A stretch of DNA of 64,000 bases, taken from assembly GCF_964213995.1 (NCBI RefSeq), contig NC_135804.1:58962001-59026000 (forward strand). Reading direction: 5' to 3'. The notes beneath the pieces were generated by a model. It was not told where the DNA came from. It saw only the letters and a list, made by a program, of their open reading frames with translations, and made no database searches. A program made the translations under genes and the position numbers. This document shows, piece after piece, positions 51,394 to 64,000 of the stretch; the stretch's first letter is position 1; every line of letters begins with the position of its first letter. The stretch is from Mustelus asterias (taxonomy: Eukaryota).

Positions 51394-51539
51394 AGCCCAA
51401 CAACTGATCTAAACTGACACTGGAATTATTTCTCTGGCCTTGGATTATCTGACTGGCCGCTTTCCAATCTTCCAAGAGCTTCAGCCCCTTATCCCAGCCC
51501 TCATACCCCTTGCTGACCCTCACCATGTGAGTACTCGAG
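51394..51539 (-). repeat. Inverted duplicate of OGFOD1 exon-1 end, donor and intron-1 start (49267-49412)
   Basis: 146-bp reverse complement with about 3 mismatches by eye. Confidence 0.93.
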
Positions 51540-51553
51540 TACTAAAGGGAAGG

Positions 51554-51888
51554 TTTGTGTGGGGAGAGATAACAGGAAATTTTGCTAGCTGCACATCAAT
51601 AAAATTGTTGGTTCTATTGTTTGTAAACTGTATTGAATGAAAGGATCGCATATCATGCTACAAATGCAAACAGGTATTTTTGAATGGTGTAGTCTTTGGG
51701 GATTTGTGTACAGCAAATGGATCAGATATGCTGGAGAAATGTAGGGCAAGAGAATCACTGTGCAACAGAGAGGAATGGGCACACTGGAGTTAGATGAAAG
51801 AGGGAAAAAGTTAACTTGCATTTGTGATGCCTTTTCACATCCCAGAACACCCCAAAATCTTTCACTGCCATTAAAGCAATTTTGAAAT
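51554..51888 (+). repeat. Direct duplicate of intron-1 segment 50511-50844
   Basis: Colinear copies of about 335 bp starting tttgtgtggggagagataacagg, roughly 90% identical by eye. Confidence 0.9.
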
Positions 51889-52410
51889 ATTGTCACTGTT
51901 GTAATGTAGGAAGGCTCTTATGCGGCAGAATTCTTGGAAGGACACAGCTTGAGGTGATCCTAGTGCAGGAGCAATCCTGAAAAGATGTCAGGTGAGGTGA
52001 TGCCACCGGATAAGGTGATCCAGTGTGAAGGAGCCCTTCCAGAATGATATAGGACAAGTAAATTATTTGTCAATCCACTTACAATTGCAAATGTCAATTT
52101 AAGTCTCTTGGGATAGGTCATAGATGGCGCGCATCTTTTAATGTCTGAGTATTTATTGATGTAGTCAACAGAGACGGAGTGGGGAAAAAATAACCAACTT
52201 CCATTTTGTGATGCATGAAATCTATAGCTCTGGTAAGGTGTAATTATGGAAATAAATATTTACACTGAGCTGACAGAGGGTGATATTCAGAAATAATTGA
52301 GTTTCTAGACATCAGTAATCAAATGGAGCTAATGAGGGAAAGGTATATTTTTAGGCAGAGCTAACACATTGAGGTTCTAAGTATAAATATTGTGTTTTTT
52401 CCCTTCACAG

Positions 52411-52457
52411 TCTGATGACCTGCGAAAGGAAAAAGGATATCATATCTCAACATTAAG
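52411..52457 (+). CDS. OGFOD1: OGFOD1 exon 3
   Basis: SDDLRKEKGYHISTLR, 47 nt, cacag acceptor and gtgagt donor. Confidence 0.93.
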
Positions 52458-53339
52458 GTGAGTTTGTGTGAACCCATCTTCTCTGAGCTTGCTCAGGGCA
52501 TAATTTGAACCGGATTATTGGACTGAAAAATGTTGTGTTTTCATGCATGTTTCATTTGTTGCAGCACTGATTTTTAGTTGAGTTTTTTCGAGTGTGCTTT
52601 GTGTATGTTGAGCAGCTGAGGTGGACATCTTTGCGAGCAAGCTGCTGCTGCACACTTGGGTGAAATGTAATAGAAATAAGCTAGTTGCAAGATTCACTGG
52701 CAGAAAATGAACTCAACTTTTAAAATTGAACTCAACTAAGCCATCTTGCTGTGCGGAAGCATATTTATTGTTGTTTTTATTAAGTTCATGACTTCTGCAG
52801 GCTGACATTTACTTCTGTGCAAACTTGGGGAATCTCACGTAACTATTTCCTGCTTTTTTAAAGGAAAAGTTTTCTCCTTTTGTTTGCTCTCATTCTAGTA
52901 CTTTCTGTGTCTGAGACTGATTATAATTAAATTCTTCTCCATCATGCAGGTTCGTTTAACCCTTGCCCTTATTGCTGTTAGTATTTTTTTCTTTATTCTT
53001 TTATGGGATGTGGATTTGGATAGAAAGGCCAGAAGTTAATGTCCATCCTTAATCGTCCTTGAACTAACTAGCTTGCTAGGCCATTTTAGGGGCATTTAAG
53101 AGTCAGCATATTCCTGTGGATCTGGAGTCACATGTAGGTCAGACCAGGTAATGACATCAGATTTCCTTCTGCTAAAGGGCATTAGTGAACAGATGAGTTT
53201 TTACAACATTCAATGACAATTGGTGTGGGCACCAACTAGCTTTGCATTCCAGTTTATTAACTGAATATAAATTCCATCAACTGCTGTGCTGGGATTTAAA
53301 GCTATGTCCACTGAGTATTAGTCTGGGTCTCTGGATTAG

Positions 53340-53570
53340 GTAAGAGTTTTAACAACACCAGGTTAAAGTCCAACAGGTTTATTTGTTAGCAAACACCATT
53401 AGCTTTCGGAGCGCTGCTCCTTCGTCAGATGGAGTGGATATTTCCACTCCATCTGATGAAGGAGCAGCGCTCCGAAAGCTAATGGTGTTTGCTACCAAAT
53501 AAACCTGTTGGACTTTAACCTGGTGTTGTTAAAACTCTTACTGTGTTCACCCCAGTCCAACGCCGGCATC
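53340..53570. mobile_element. Penelope-terminus palindrome (about 99-bp arms) with hammerhead-like cores
   Basis: Arms 53340-53438 and 53443-53541 are nearly perfectly complementary. CTGATGA...GAAA at 53453-53477. Inserted into a SINE. Confidence 0.9.
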
Positions 53571-55164
53571 TAGATTAGTCCAGTGATGTGACCACTTGCC
53601 ACTGTTCCCCTTACTGATAGTGATTGTGGCTCTGGTCAAGCCTCATACATTTTATCATGATCTCTCCAAATGTTTGCTGACAGACCCTGAATCATATTTC
53701 CTTTTTGAAACATTCACTGATGGTCTCACTGCCGTGTTGTATTGTGTTCCTCCAACACTTTCAGTGAGTAAACTGTCCATAATACAAGGTAATGCAAAAG
53801 AAAATCCTTTCCACTTAGTCTGTGAGTACTGACCAGTATTTTAATGACTATAACATTTGTATTTCGCTGCCATTACCTGTCATATTATCAGAACATAAAG
53901 AAGTATTCATGAATGACTTTTCCACAGCACATTCTCTGACACATTGGGCAAAATTGTGGTGGTTCCGTGCAAGAAGGTTTGAAGGTGGCACTGGGAAGAA
54001 ACTTGGAAATTAGGACATCAAGTCAATGAGCCAACGTTTCCGAGGGGAGGAGGGTGAACATATGCAGCATCTACTCACCTAGTAGTGCTTCCAAGGATGC
54101 CTGTATTTTGAGGTGTCTTCAAGTTCACCTTTTTACCTGAGGAGCAACCACCTCTCCCACTGGGCCTTCTGGCCTTCCAAAGCTGCAGGCTGTCTAATTG
54201 GGCCTGTTGCCTCAGGAACCTGTCAGCCTGCAGGAGCCTGCAGACAATGAGGAGGACATCTCCTGGTAAATCACTCTGGACTGAGCACTGCAGATCCATG
54301 AGGGGGTCATGACCCAGAAATGGTCCCAACATCTGAAAATAAACAACCACTGGAAGATTCTGTCCATTATTTTGAGCAATTTGACAAGAATGAGGGAGCA
54401 TATCCAATACTTTTAATGATTGATAGATCCTCCTCTTCATTTGTTCCTTCATGGACCCTCTTATTTCTATTATATTTCATCCAAATGTGCAGCAGCAGCT
54501 TTCATTAGCCATCTTTGTCCACTTCTTGGCCCTGTCTGATGTATTCAGCAGGGAGAAAATGTAGCACATGATGTGATGCTAACTGCTGGTTAATTTAAGA
54601 TCATTGAGAAAGAAAGATGGCACAATACAGACAGCTTCATACCAAGTGAATTTGTTCTTGGTTTGGCAAGATAGGGAATTGTAGATGGTGTAGGATAGCT
54701 CTCTGACCAGCAGGGTAAATGTGCGCATTATCAATCACTTTCCAAATTGTTCATATTTGAAACTTCAGTTCTGTTCATTGGGATCATAAAATTACTGCCT
54801 CTTTAAATGGAATGAATGCTTAGTTTGACCACTTTGCACAATATTCATTCAAGATTTGCTAACGTTTATGTGCTGTAAAAACTTTGCCCTTCATTTATGG
54901 GGATGCAAGTCGGGAACTTGGCTGAACTTAAAATTTGCTGCACAGTATTCTTGTTTGTAAAAGGCATTGTATCATCCTTCACTGAGGTATCAATATTGGT
55001 GTAAGCCTTTGTTCTTAATTAGGTATGCAGTGAAGTAAAATACTTCAATTATAGACGGTATCTACAGTTCTGTAGAATGTTTCTCCCCGTTTAAATTTTG
55101 TAGAATTTGTAATCTAATTTTGGTTAACTATGATTCAATCATTCACTTGATTTTCTCTTTCCAG

Positions 55165-55265
55165 GAAGGTTCTCTTTGAAGACTTTCGTACATGGTTGTC
55201 AGATATTGCTGGTGTAAAACTGGAAAGTACAGTGGATTTGTCCTGTGCTAAATATGAATACACAG
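55165..55265 (+). CDS. OGFOD1: OGFOD1 exon 4
   Basis: [33 protein letters not shown], 101 nt, ag/gt. Confidence 0.95.
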
Positions 55266-55817
55266 GTATACAACATTAATTCAAAAACGTTTATGCATTG
55301 GATATATTGCATGCGTACCATTTTATTGGGGTACAGTATGTACTGTATTATACTGGTGTTATTGCACATGTGATGTCACCCTGGCACTTGTTTTATATTG
55401 GAGCGATTACATATGTGACATTTCACAGGCATCATGGTAGCCATAGGGGACATTATTGTACAAACAGTGTTACGTTAGAGATACTTCATCATGATATCAG
55501 ATATCACACTTGCAATGTCAAATACCCGGGGAATGCTGCATATCTGGTGTATGAAAACTATGGTATACACAAAAGATAATAGATGATATTCTTATGTTAA
55601 CCCAAAAAATATTGCAGACAATGAATTGATTTGTCTTAGCTGTAAAGGTGGTCTTTAATATTATAATTGTTTTCCTAGTTTATTTTGGATGCTATGTTTA
55701 ATGTATTAGATGTGTTTAAAGAAAAGTACAGTCCACATCTGATGCAGTTTTAATGTGTTCCTGATGGTTATAAATAACTGAATTCCAGAGGATTGAGAAA
55801 ACTTTTCGAGAGATATG

Positions 55818-56814
55818 AAGAGCGATTCTCCCAAAAAAAGTTCTAAGTGCTGAATTCGTGGGAAAACTCGTGTAAATCAGGATTATTTTTTCAGTGGGAG
55901 TTCAAACTCGAATCTCCCACACTCTGTGCACTGCAGAGGTCACAATCGTGAATATCATTAAAAGCTCGGGGGGTAGGGCCTATTCACGCCAGAGTCTGAC
56001 AGTTCCGGGCCTCTGCGCATGTACAGAGGCCCCAAACTGTCAACCTCCTGTTTGCTGGCCAGCGGTTGAGGAACCCCTGCAGTGCTGCCCCTCCATCCCC
56101 CCCCCTCCTCCTCCCCACAGCCCGATCGTGGCCCCCACAAGCATTCCCGGGCCAGCCCTGACCCTCCCCTGGCCTGGAGCGCCCGATCTCCAGGCCCGCC
56201 CCCAGCCTGCCTCGATCGCTGACCTCTCTCCAATCCCGACCAATCCCCATCCAGAGTGGCAGCGAGAACTCCCACCGCCACTGATTGCCCCTAGGCCTTG
56301 TCCCCTTGGCATTGCTCCATGCCCAGTGGGCAGTGCCAAGGTGTCCCCTGGGCATGGGCTCTTTGCCCCTTGGGCAGTGCCGGGGGCAAAGGCTGGCACT
56401 GGTAGGGTGTCCATGTCCGGGGCACCAACACCCCATCCGTCCAACTCCCTTGGGGGACCCCGCTTGCTCCCCCTTCACTCCAGCCTGGTCTCCCGCTAGT
56501 TCCCCGAAAGTGGGGAGCGACTCTAAACCCCACCCGATTGAAATTTGACTGGCGAGATGGGAGATGTTGTCAGGCCCAGAGACTTAAGTCCTGGGCCCAA
56601 TAATCACATTAAAATTACATTCAAATAAGATTAAAATAACTTATCTGCTGTTCCCGCCAGTTTCCAGCGTGGTCCCGAATGCGGCAAATATCCGTCGCTG
56701 GGAGATGCGCGCATGTCGGGAATGCATACACGAATCCGACAAATCGGTGCACACGTGATTCTCCCAGCCAGACCTGCCAAAAAATTAGCAGGTCGGGATG
56801 GGAGAATCGCAGCC
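55818..56814. mobile_element. Harbinger-type MITE in OGFOD1 intron 4
   Basis: TIR core gcgattctccc / gggagaatcgc, 3-bp TSD atg, subterminal tctaagtg. Confidence 0.75.
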
Positions 56815-57240
56815 ATGGTCTTGATTTATACAGCTCTCTATCATGTCCCTCGTAAATGTCACAAAATAATTTGCACGGAATGACTTACCTTTAAAGTGCA
56901 GTGAATTTCCATGCATGTAAATGCAATAACTATTTTACACATACCAGTGAGATGAATGACTGGTGAGTTTGGTTTTGGTGTTGGTTAAGTGGGAATAGCT
57001 GACCAGGACACTGTGCGTACTCTCTGTTTTGTTGTCCGTTAAACCCAGAGCCAGACCTCTGTTTGAAGTTTTGCTAGAGGAATATACTTTTGACAATGCA
57101 GCACCATTGCAAAGCTATACTGGAATATCAGCATGAATTTTGTAAAGAGTGCGACTTATTCTTATAATTTAAATCATAGATAAAAGTGCTGCCAGGTAAA
57201 GAGAGTTTATGCTGATGAGGGTTAGGAAAACCATGTTTAC

Positions 57241-57990
57241 ATAAGAACCTAAGAAATAGGAGCAGGAGTAGGCCATCTAGCCCCTCAAGCCTGCCCCACC
57301 ATTCAATAAGATCATGGCTGATCTGAAGTGGATCAGTTCCACTTACCCGCCTGATCCCTATAACCCCTAATTCCCTTACCGATCAGGAATCCATCTATCC
57401 GTGATTTAAACATATTCAACGAGGTAGCCTCCACCACTTCAGTGGGCAGAGAATTCCAGAGATTCACCACCCTCTGAGAGTAGAAGTTCCTCCTCAACTC
57501 TGTCCTAAACTGACCCCCCTTTATTTTGAGGCTGTGCCCTCTAGTTCTAGTTTCCTTTCTAAGTGGAAAGAATCTCTCCATCTCTAACCTATCCAGCCCC
57601 TTCATTATCTTATAGGTCTCTATAAGATCCCCCCTCAGCCTTCTAAATTCCAATGAATACAAACCCAATCTGCTCAGTCTCTCCTCATAATCAACCCCTC
57701 ATCTCCGGTATCAACCTGGTGAACCTTCTCTGCACTCCCTCCAAGGCCAATATATCCTTCCGCAAATAAGGGGACCAATACTGCACACAGTATTCCAGCT
57801 GCGGCCTCACCAATGCCCTGTACAGATGCAGCAAGACTTCTCTGCTTTTATATTCTATCCCCCTTGCGATATAGGCCAACATCCCATTTGCCTTCTTGAT
57901 CACCTGTTGCACCTGCAGACTGGGTTTTTGCGTCTCATGCACAAGGACCCCCAGGTCCCTCTGCACAGCAGCATGTTGTAATTTCTTTCC
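57241..57990 (-). mobile_element. Young CR1 3' fragment in OGFOD1 intron 4
   Basis: QRDLGVLVH...RNFYSQRVVNLWNSLP with one frameshift. Confidence 0.92.
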
Positions 57991-58475
57991 ATGGAAAGAT
58001 ATTTCTCCAGGGAAATCTTGCGAAGGCTGATCAAGAAGCATTCTTTATCCTGCTAAAGGTGTTACATGAGTGCTGACAACTGTCCAGTGCTTTGCACAAA
58101 AGGTTTCTCCTCACGTGAGGCAGGATGCATAGTATTAACAGGGTATTTGATCATTGGCCCATCACAGTTGAATGTGCTTTTGCATGTTCACTCTGCAGCA
58201 CGGGCCATTGAATTATATGCAAAGGCCAATTTGTTTTTGTCTGCCTACGACAACATTTGCCAGGATCAGCAAACTCAGTACAGATCAGTGATGGATTGTA
58301 GGACTTCCTTTGCCTGCGTAGCTTGGCGTACAAGATTTTGGATGTTACTCACTAAGCCATCAGTAGAGCCCTGGAGGAATACATTTTTAAAAATGCACAA
58401 ATTAACCAGTCAAAATTGCTAAACTGAAAATGAAATACTTAAGCTGTACTAAAATTTAAACCAATGCTGTTGCAG

Positions 58476-58592
58476 ATGTGTTACTCTGTCATGATGATGA
58501 GTTAGAAGGGCGGAGAATAGCATTCATCCTGTATCTTGTTCCTGAGTGGGGAGCTGGTGATGGTGGCACTTTGGACCTTTATGTAACAGATG
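58476..58592 (+). CDS. OGFOD1: OGFOD1 exon 5 (HxD iron-binding motif)
   Basis: [35 protein letters not shown], 117 nt, ag/gt. Confidence 0.96.
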
Positions 58593-59396
58593 GTGAGTAG
58601 GATTAACTATATATAACCGTATTCGCCGTGACTCAGTGCTTCTATCCAGAAGGTGTTGTTCTGACACTCAGCATAGTTGTGGGCATTAGTTTTGTGCCAA
58701 ACATGAAGCTACAATTCTTGACAATTAACATTATGAACATCCTGGTATACTATTAGATACTAGGCTAACTATTGTGTTACCACAATGCATCCGTGTACAT
58801 GCTAGCACTGTGCATTAATACTATTGGTAGGATGTGGGTGTTTGCAAACAGTGAGGCCACAGCTGGGTAAGTGGCTCTTGACGGTCTGGCCAATGTCTAA
58901 TGGTGGAACTCAGAATTAAAGTTACTATTGTGGCAGACCAAATTAAAATGAGGAAACACAAACTGCTTGTTGGATGTCAGGGAATCTCGTGTAGAAAATT
59001 AGAATGCCGCTGTCTGTAATGCAGGGGATTGTGTCAGAAGCCTCTTTTTCTTTTAGTTCTGTCCTACTATTAACCCAGCTGAGGTTTGAAAGATTAAGGT
59101 CTGCTCTTTTCAATGTAGGAAGGGTGAAAAACTAGCTCAGAGCTCTGTCCAATTTGAATCTCAATAATGCAATATAGCTGAAAAATGCAGCTGGTTAGGT
59201 TTCTTTCACTTGCAATCTGTAGTTCAAGGTTGGGGCAAATTTGGATGTGGGATGGTAGTAGTTTTAATTTGATGATTTTAATATGAAATGAACACAATTT
59301 AATATTGCAGTTTATAAATAGAAACTACATATATTTATCCTACATGCATGACTCTGAAACTCATGAATATGTAACTAACTTAATTGTCTTTTACAG

Positions 59397-59488
59397 AACA
59401 TTATCAGCCTCAGCAGATTGCCAAGTCTCTAACTCCATCATGGAACACATTAGTTTTCTTTGAGGTTTCCCCTGTTTCTTATCATCAG
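59397..59488 (+). CDS. OGFOD1: OGFOD1 exon 6
   Basis: [30 protein letters not shown], 92 nt, ag/gt. Confidence 0.96.
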
Positions 59489-59740
59489 GTACAGAAATTC
59501 AGAATATTCTGTAAATAGCGCTGAAAAATTAAGTGGTATCTGCACCTTATGAATTGATTTGGTTTCTGTGCCACGTAGCAGGATATATTAGGCATTGCTA
59601 TTCTTTGTTTTTTTTATGAGTGGGTGTTTGCTATTTATAAAGACATTTATCATTGGAATGTGATTTAATAAAGCAACAAATAGCTTATTCTCTGACTGAA
59701 TTCAATGCTTAATGCTGCTCTGCATACTTACCCTATTCAG

Positions 59741-59869
59741 GTGTCCGAAGTTCTGTCGGAGGGGAAATGTCGTCTTTCTGTCAGTGGCTGGTTCCATGGG
59801 CCATCATTGGAGAGGCCACCTCGCTACATTGAATCTTTTCCTCCTCGATTACCATATTTTGCAAGTGAT
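59741..59869 (+). CDS. OGFOD1: OGFOD1 exon 7
   Basis: [29 protein letters not shown]..., 129 nt, ag/gt. Confidence 0.95.
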
Positions 59870-60594
59870 GTAAGCTCAGATCCTACCATCTTGGCCACAA
59901 TTAGCTTACCAAAGTTTTGATTAGATTAAGATCATTAACCACTAGCTTTTGGGGATGGGAACTGAGTGCTGTTGTGAAATCTCATATAATCCTTTCACTT
60001 CTAAGACCTGGGTTTCTATCCAGTCCAAGACAGATGGGACAAAAGAGGGCTCTTCTTTTCTGCTGTTTAATATATGAAATGAGCTTAGGCTGTAAAGTAC
60101 AGTATCAATATGCACATCATTTGTGACAAATTGGCATTCATCAGAAAGGCCACAAAAATGGCTGGCATTGGAAATGGAAAGAATCATAAATGATACAGTA
60201 CAGGTTGATCTTCCAGAGTGGAGTTGTTGACCAGAGAAAGGAAGTTTTGCTCTGTGTCTAACCTGAGTTATATCTTATCTGTGAGTGCTTGATGGCAATG
60301 GTGGTTATCCAAATCAATGAAATCAATGTAAAGTTCACCAAAAGTACATTTCTAAAAAATTAGAATAACAATAGGCCATCTGTAGCCTCTTGATCTTGTT
60401 CTGCCATTCCAATAACTCATAACAATAACACCAACAACTTGTATTTTTACAGCAGCTTTAGCATTATAAAATATCTTGATACCCTTGCCTAACAAGAATA
60501 TATCTTTGTCTTTAAAATTACAATTTACCCATCAACAACATATCCTTTTGATGGAGAGAGTTCCAGAATTTCATTTCCCTTTGTGTTTTTTTAA

Positions 60595-60948
60595 AATTCA
60601 TTCGTAGGACATGGGCAATGCTGCCTGGCCAGCATTTATTCCCCATCCCTTGTTGCCCGAGGGTAGTTGAGAGTCAACCACATTGCTGTGGCTCTGGAGT
60701 CACATGTAGGCCAGATCGGATAAGGACAGCAGATTTCCTTCCCTAAAGGACATGAGTGACCCAGATGGGTTTTTCCGACAATCGACAATGGTTTCATGGT
60801 CATCAGTAGATTCTTAATTCTAGATATTTTTTATTGAATTCAAATTCCACCACCCGCCGAGGCGGGATTCGAACCCTGGTCCCCAGAACATGAGCTGAGT
60901 TTCTGGATTAATAGTCTAGCGATAATACCACTGATAATACCACCTCCC
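60595..60948 (-). mobile_element. tRNA-derived SINE, second family
   Basis: B box gggttcgaatccc on the minus strand and shared LINE tail. Confidence 0.8.
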
Positions 60949-62257
60949 CTTTGGGTGAAAATTGCTTCTTGTTTTCTAAATAGACCAGCTCTAATTTAAG
61001 GATTATGTCCCCACATACCCCCACTACCCCGCTTCCTGATTTCCCTCACAAAGGAAATACTTGTTTTGTTTCATTCCTATTCTGTTTGTTTAACATTTCA
61101 AGCATCTCAATCAGGTTACCCTTCAATCTTTTATTCTCCAGGGACTACAAGACATATTTATGCAACCTGTCCTCATAATTTCATCCTGTAAAGCTAATTA
61201 TCTTTTTGTGAATTACAAGTTTCAATTTTTGAGCTTGTGATGCAGCTTGATCTTGAGTAGCATGTTTCACATATGATCCTAGGGTACTTGTTGATTTTTG
61301 TATTATGTTAATAATTTGAAGATTCACTGAAGATCAATATCACACAAAACTATATTAAATACTATATTTTACTATTCAATGTAACCCTTTTTGCGAAGAA
61401 AGAAGGTGGAATTCCTGTGCCAAAGATCATTTTATGACTAAACATCCTCTAAATACTGCATCCTAGCCATTAGCCTACAAACAGGTCTGTTCATTCCATT
61501 CCCTGAGCTGTAGCCAGAACTGACTACAGCGTGGTGCGATACTAACTTCCACCACAAGAAGCCATTGCATGATTGACCAGAATTTAATGCCCTCCCACAA
61601 GCTGAGTTTGGTGGGGGACCCCATTTTCTTTCTGCATTCACCCAGAGTAAGTCTGTGGGAAGGCTTGTAGCTGGTTTTGCTACCCTGCCGTCAATTGAGG
61701 TTACTGAAAGGCCTCATCTGTCGCTGCCGGATGCTCTTTCTGCCACTACACCATAGCTTACTCCTGGTAAGAAATATGTTTCATTTTCCAAAAAAAATAA
61801 ATTACACAGCAAAGTGAGAACATGGTGCTATAAGAGGTGACGCTGGGTTCTCACTGGCTCGCCAGCCGGTGGGTGAGACCCCGGTAGTCTCCATTAAATC
61901 CAGCCCATTATTTCAGTAACAGGATACAGTCTAATCAGATAATTAAAACATTTTTAGTACCAAGTCTTATTGCTGTGTTATTTTGTTTTCTCTAAGTAAA
62001 CATTTTCCAACGTTACCAGGAGTAGGCTATCATGTAGTTGCAGAAAGTACATCCAGTAACAAGGACTTCCATTAACATAATAAAATGCTCCAAGGTTCTT
62101 CACAGAAACATTAGGTAACAAAATTAGATTGTAAGCTGTGTAATGAGACATTGGGACAGATGAACAAGAGCTCAGTCAAAGAGATATATTTTAAGAAGTA
62201 TCTTAAATGAAGTAGAACAAGTAGAGGGGTGGAGAATTCCAAAACTAGTAGCAAGTA

Positions 62258-62550
62258 GGCGGCACGGTGGCACAGTGTTTAACACTGATGCCTCACAGTG
62301 CCAGGGACCTGGGTTCGATTCCTGCATTGGGTCACTATGTGGAGTCTGCAAGTTCTCCTTGTGTCTGCGTGGGTTTCCTCTGGGAGCTCTGGTTTCCTTC
62401 CACAGTCCGAAAACGTGATGGTTAGGTGCATTGGCTATGATTATTTCTCCCTCACTGTACCCAAAAAGGCGCTGGAGTGTGGCGACTAGGGGATTTTTAC
62501 AGTAACTTCATTGCAGTGTTAATGTAAAACCTACTTGTGACTAATAAGTA
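62258..62550 (+). mobile_element. V-SINE with alternative tail
   Basis: ggcggcacggtggcacagtg head, V-domain and tail. Confidence 0.82.
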
Positions 62551-62694
62551 AACTGTAACTTTAAATACTGAATTAGAGCGCAGAACCAGTCCCATACCTA
62601 GAACAGAGCAGGAAGCTGATACTTTGGTGTCACTTGAATACTAAGATTGTTCTAATCAGATGAAATACATTTGTTTCTTTTTATCATGTTTCAG

Positions 62695-62808
62695 GAAGAA
62701 ATTCTTTATGACTGGATCAATCCAATTTACTTGGATGTTTCAACTCAAGTTCATGTCCAGGATGAGTTTGAGGAGAAATCTGAGATACTTCTAAAGAACT
62801 TTTTCAAG
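62695..62808 (+). CDS. OGFOD1: OGFOD1 exon 8 (gene continues beyond the window)
   Basis: [38 protein letters not shown], 114 nt, ag/gt. Confidence 0.95.
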
Positions 62809-62957
62809 GTGAAAACTCAGTCGGGGATTAGTTCAGTTGAATGGCAAGAGCCCTTTTCAAAAAATGTTTGTGGAACACGAACAGGGATTGGATGTGTTTC
62901 AATGAGAACAGCAATGGGAAGGCCCATGACGTGTATCAATTTCTTTGTTCAAATTGT

Positions 62958-63920
62958 TGTAGGGAAATATCCCTTACCAGTGCAGAATAGAAGTTGAGTC
63001 GCAAATCAAGGTTCAAAGCGTGTCTTTATTGTACAATTACTGGGATCCCAGGGAGACCCCCGTAGCCAGCTCAGAAACAGTGGCTTGGCCACGTTGATCT
63101 CAATTAAATCACATCAGCGGTGTATCTTTATAGAGTTTCAAATTCAAGCGGGAACATTTGATTATGCATTTTTACAATATGTATAAAGTGGTCTGTCAGT
63201 TTAAAAAGTCCCTAGGAAGTTTCATCGATTAGCATTTGTATGGTGTGTGTTCGTGTTAATGGGATTACTTGGTCCTGCCCCGGTGTCTAAATGCGTTTCC
63301 CATTATCTTCTCTATGTGTCCTCTTATCTGAATTGATCTTATTGTTTCGTGTCTGTGTTTCCTGCTTGTGAGATTGAGTGTTAATGTCATCCTGTCCTGT
63401 TGGATGTCTGGAGTATTTCATTCTAATCTTTTATTCTTGTATCTTAGTTTATCAGATTTTTATGTCTGCCTTGGCCGAATTGGTAATATTTCAGTGATAG
63501 CTTGGTTTTGATAGCCCACTCTATGTCTCGTTTCGTAGGGATCTTGATCGTCCTTGGCCAGTTTAAAATGCAGCTGCGCGCTGTTGCTAGGCAGATTAGG
63601 GATCTTCCGTAGTTTTTGAAATTCGTGAGTCTCTCAGCTGTGCAGGGGGGGACCCGATCGAATATCCATCCGGGGGTGCCCCTCTGCATTGTTGGCCCGT
63701 TATGAGTGGTGCCAATTAGTCCAATATGTAAATATGTTTGATGATACAAATATGGTTTTCTGGAAAATTTCCTCCTTCAAAATGTTGGTATGAAGTGTCC
63801 TCTTTTATTCACTGCTAATTTTTTCGTGATGTTTATCACATACAGATGTAATACATGATGGTGAATTCAGCTCTTGTGGGAAAGGAGAAGGCTGTCATTT
63901 TCTGGCTAACAATTGCCACA
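62958..63920 (-). mobile_element. Possible LTR-like repeat
   Basis: TG...CA ends. On the minus strand TATAAA (near 63130) precedes AATAAA (near 63028). No TSD confirmed. Confidence 0.35.
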
Positions 63921-64000
63921 AGAAGTCGTCTCACAACACCAGGTTAAAGTCCAACAGGTTTATTTGGTATCATGAGCTTTCGGAGCGCTGCTCCTTCATC
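63921..64000 (-). mobile_element. Penelope terminus, cut by the window end
   Basis: Same tcacaacaccaggttaaagtccaacagg...ggagcgctgctccttcatc sequence as the other copies. Confidence 0.85.

Overview
Repeat-rich vertebrate genomic DNA. The HE1-type V-SINEs, CR1 LINEs and Penelope repeats point to a shark (elasmobranch). Two genes can be assembled by hand. (1) On the minus strand, a compact immunoglobulin-superfamily receptor (27917 to 25042) with a leader exon, a single-exon germline-joined VJ-type V domain, a C1-set domain and an Arg-containing transmembrane (TM) exon. A hAT-type MITE has inserted exactly at the TM splice donor and supplies an in-frame stop. (2) On the plus strand, OGFOD1 coding exons 1-8 (49129-62808; the gene continues beyond the window). 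A near-perfect inverted copy of its exon-1 donor region lies just after exon 2. The rest is transposon-derived: four-level nested CR1/Penelope insertions, a Tx1 LINE inside a Harbinger-type MITE, a Harbinger-type MITE carrying an intronless RPL39 copy with a 3' hairpin, a degenerate two-gene Harbinger element, and Penelope elements and palindromes with hammerhead-like cores. Family names come from motif recognition, not database searches.
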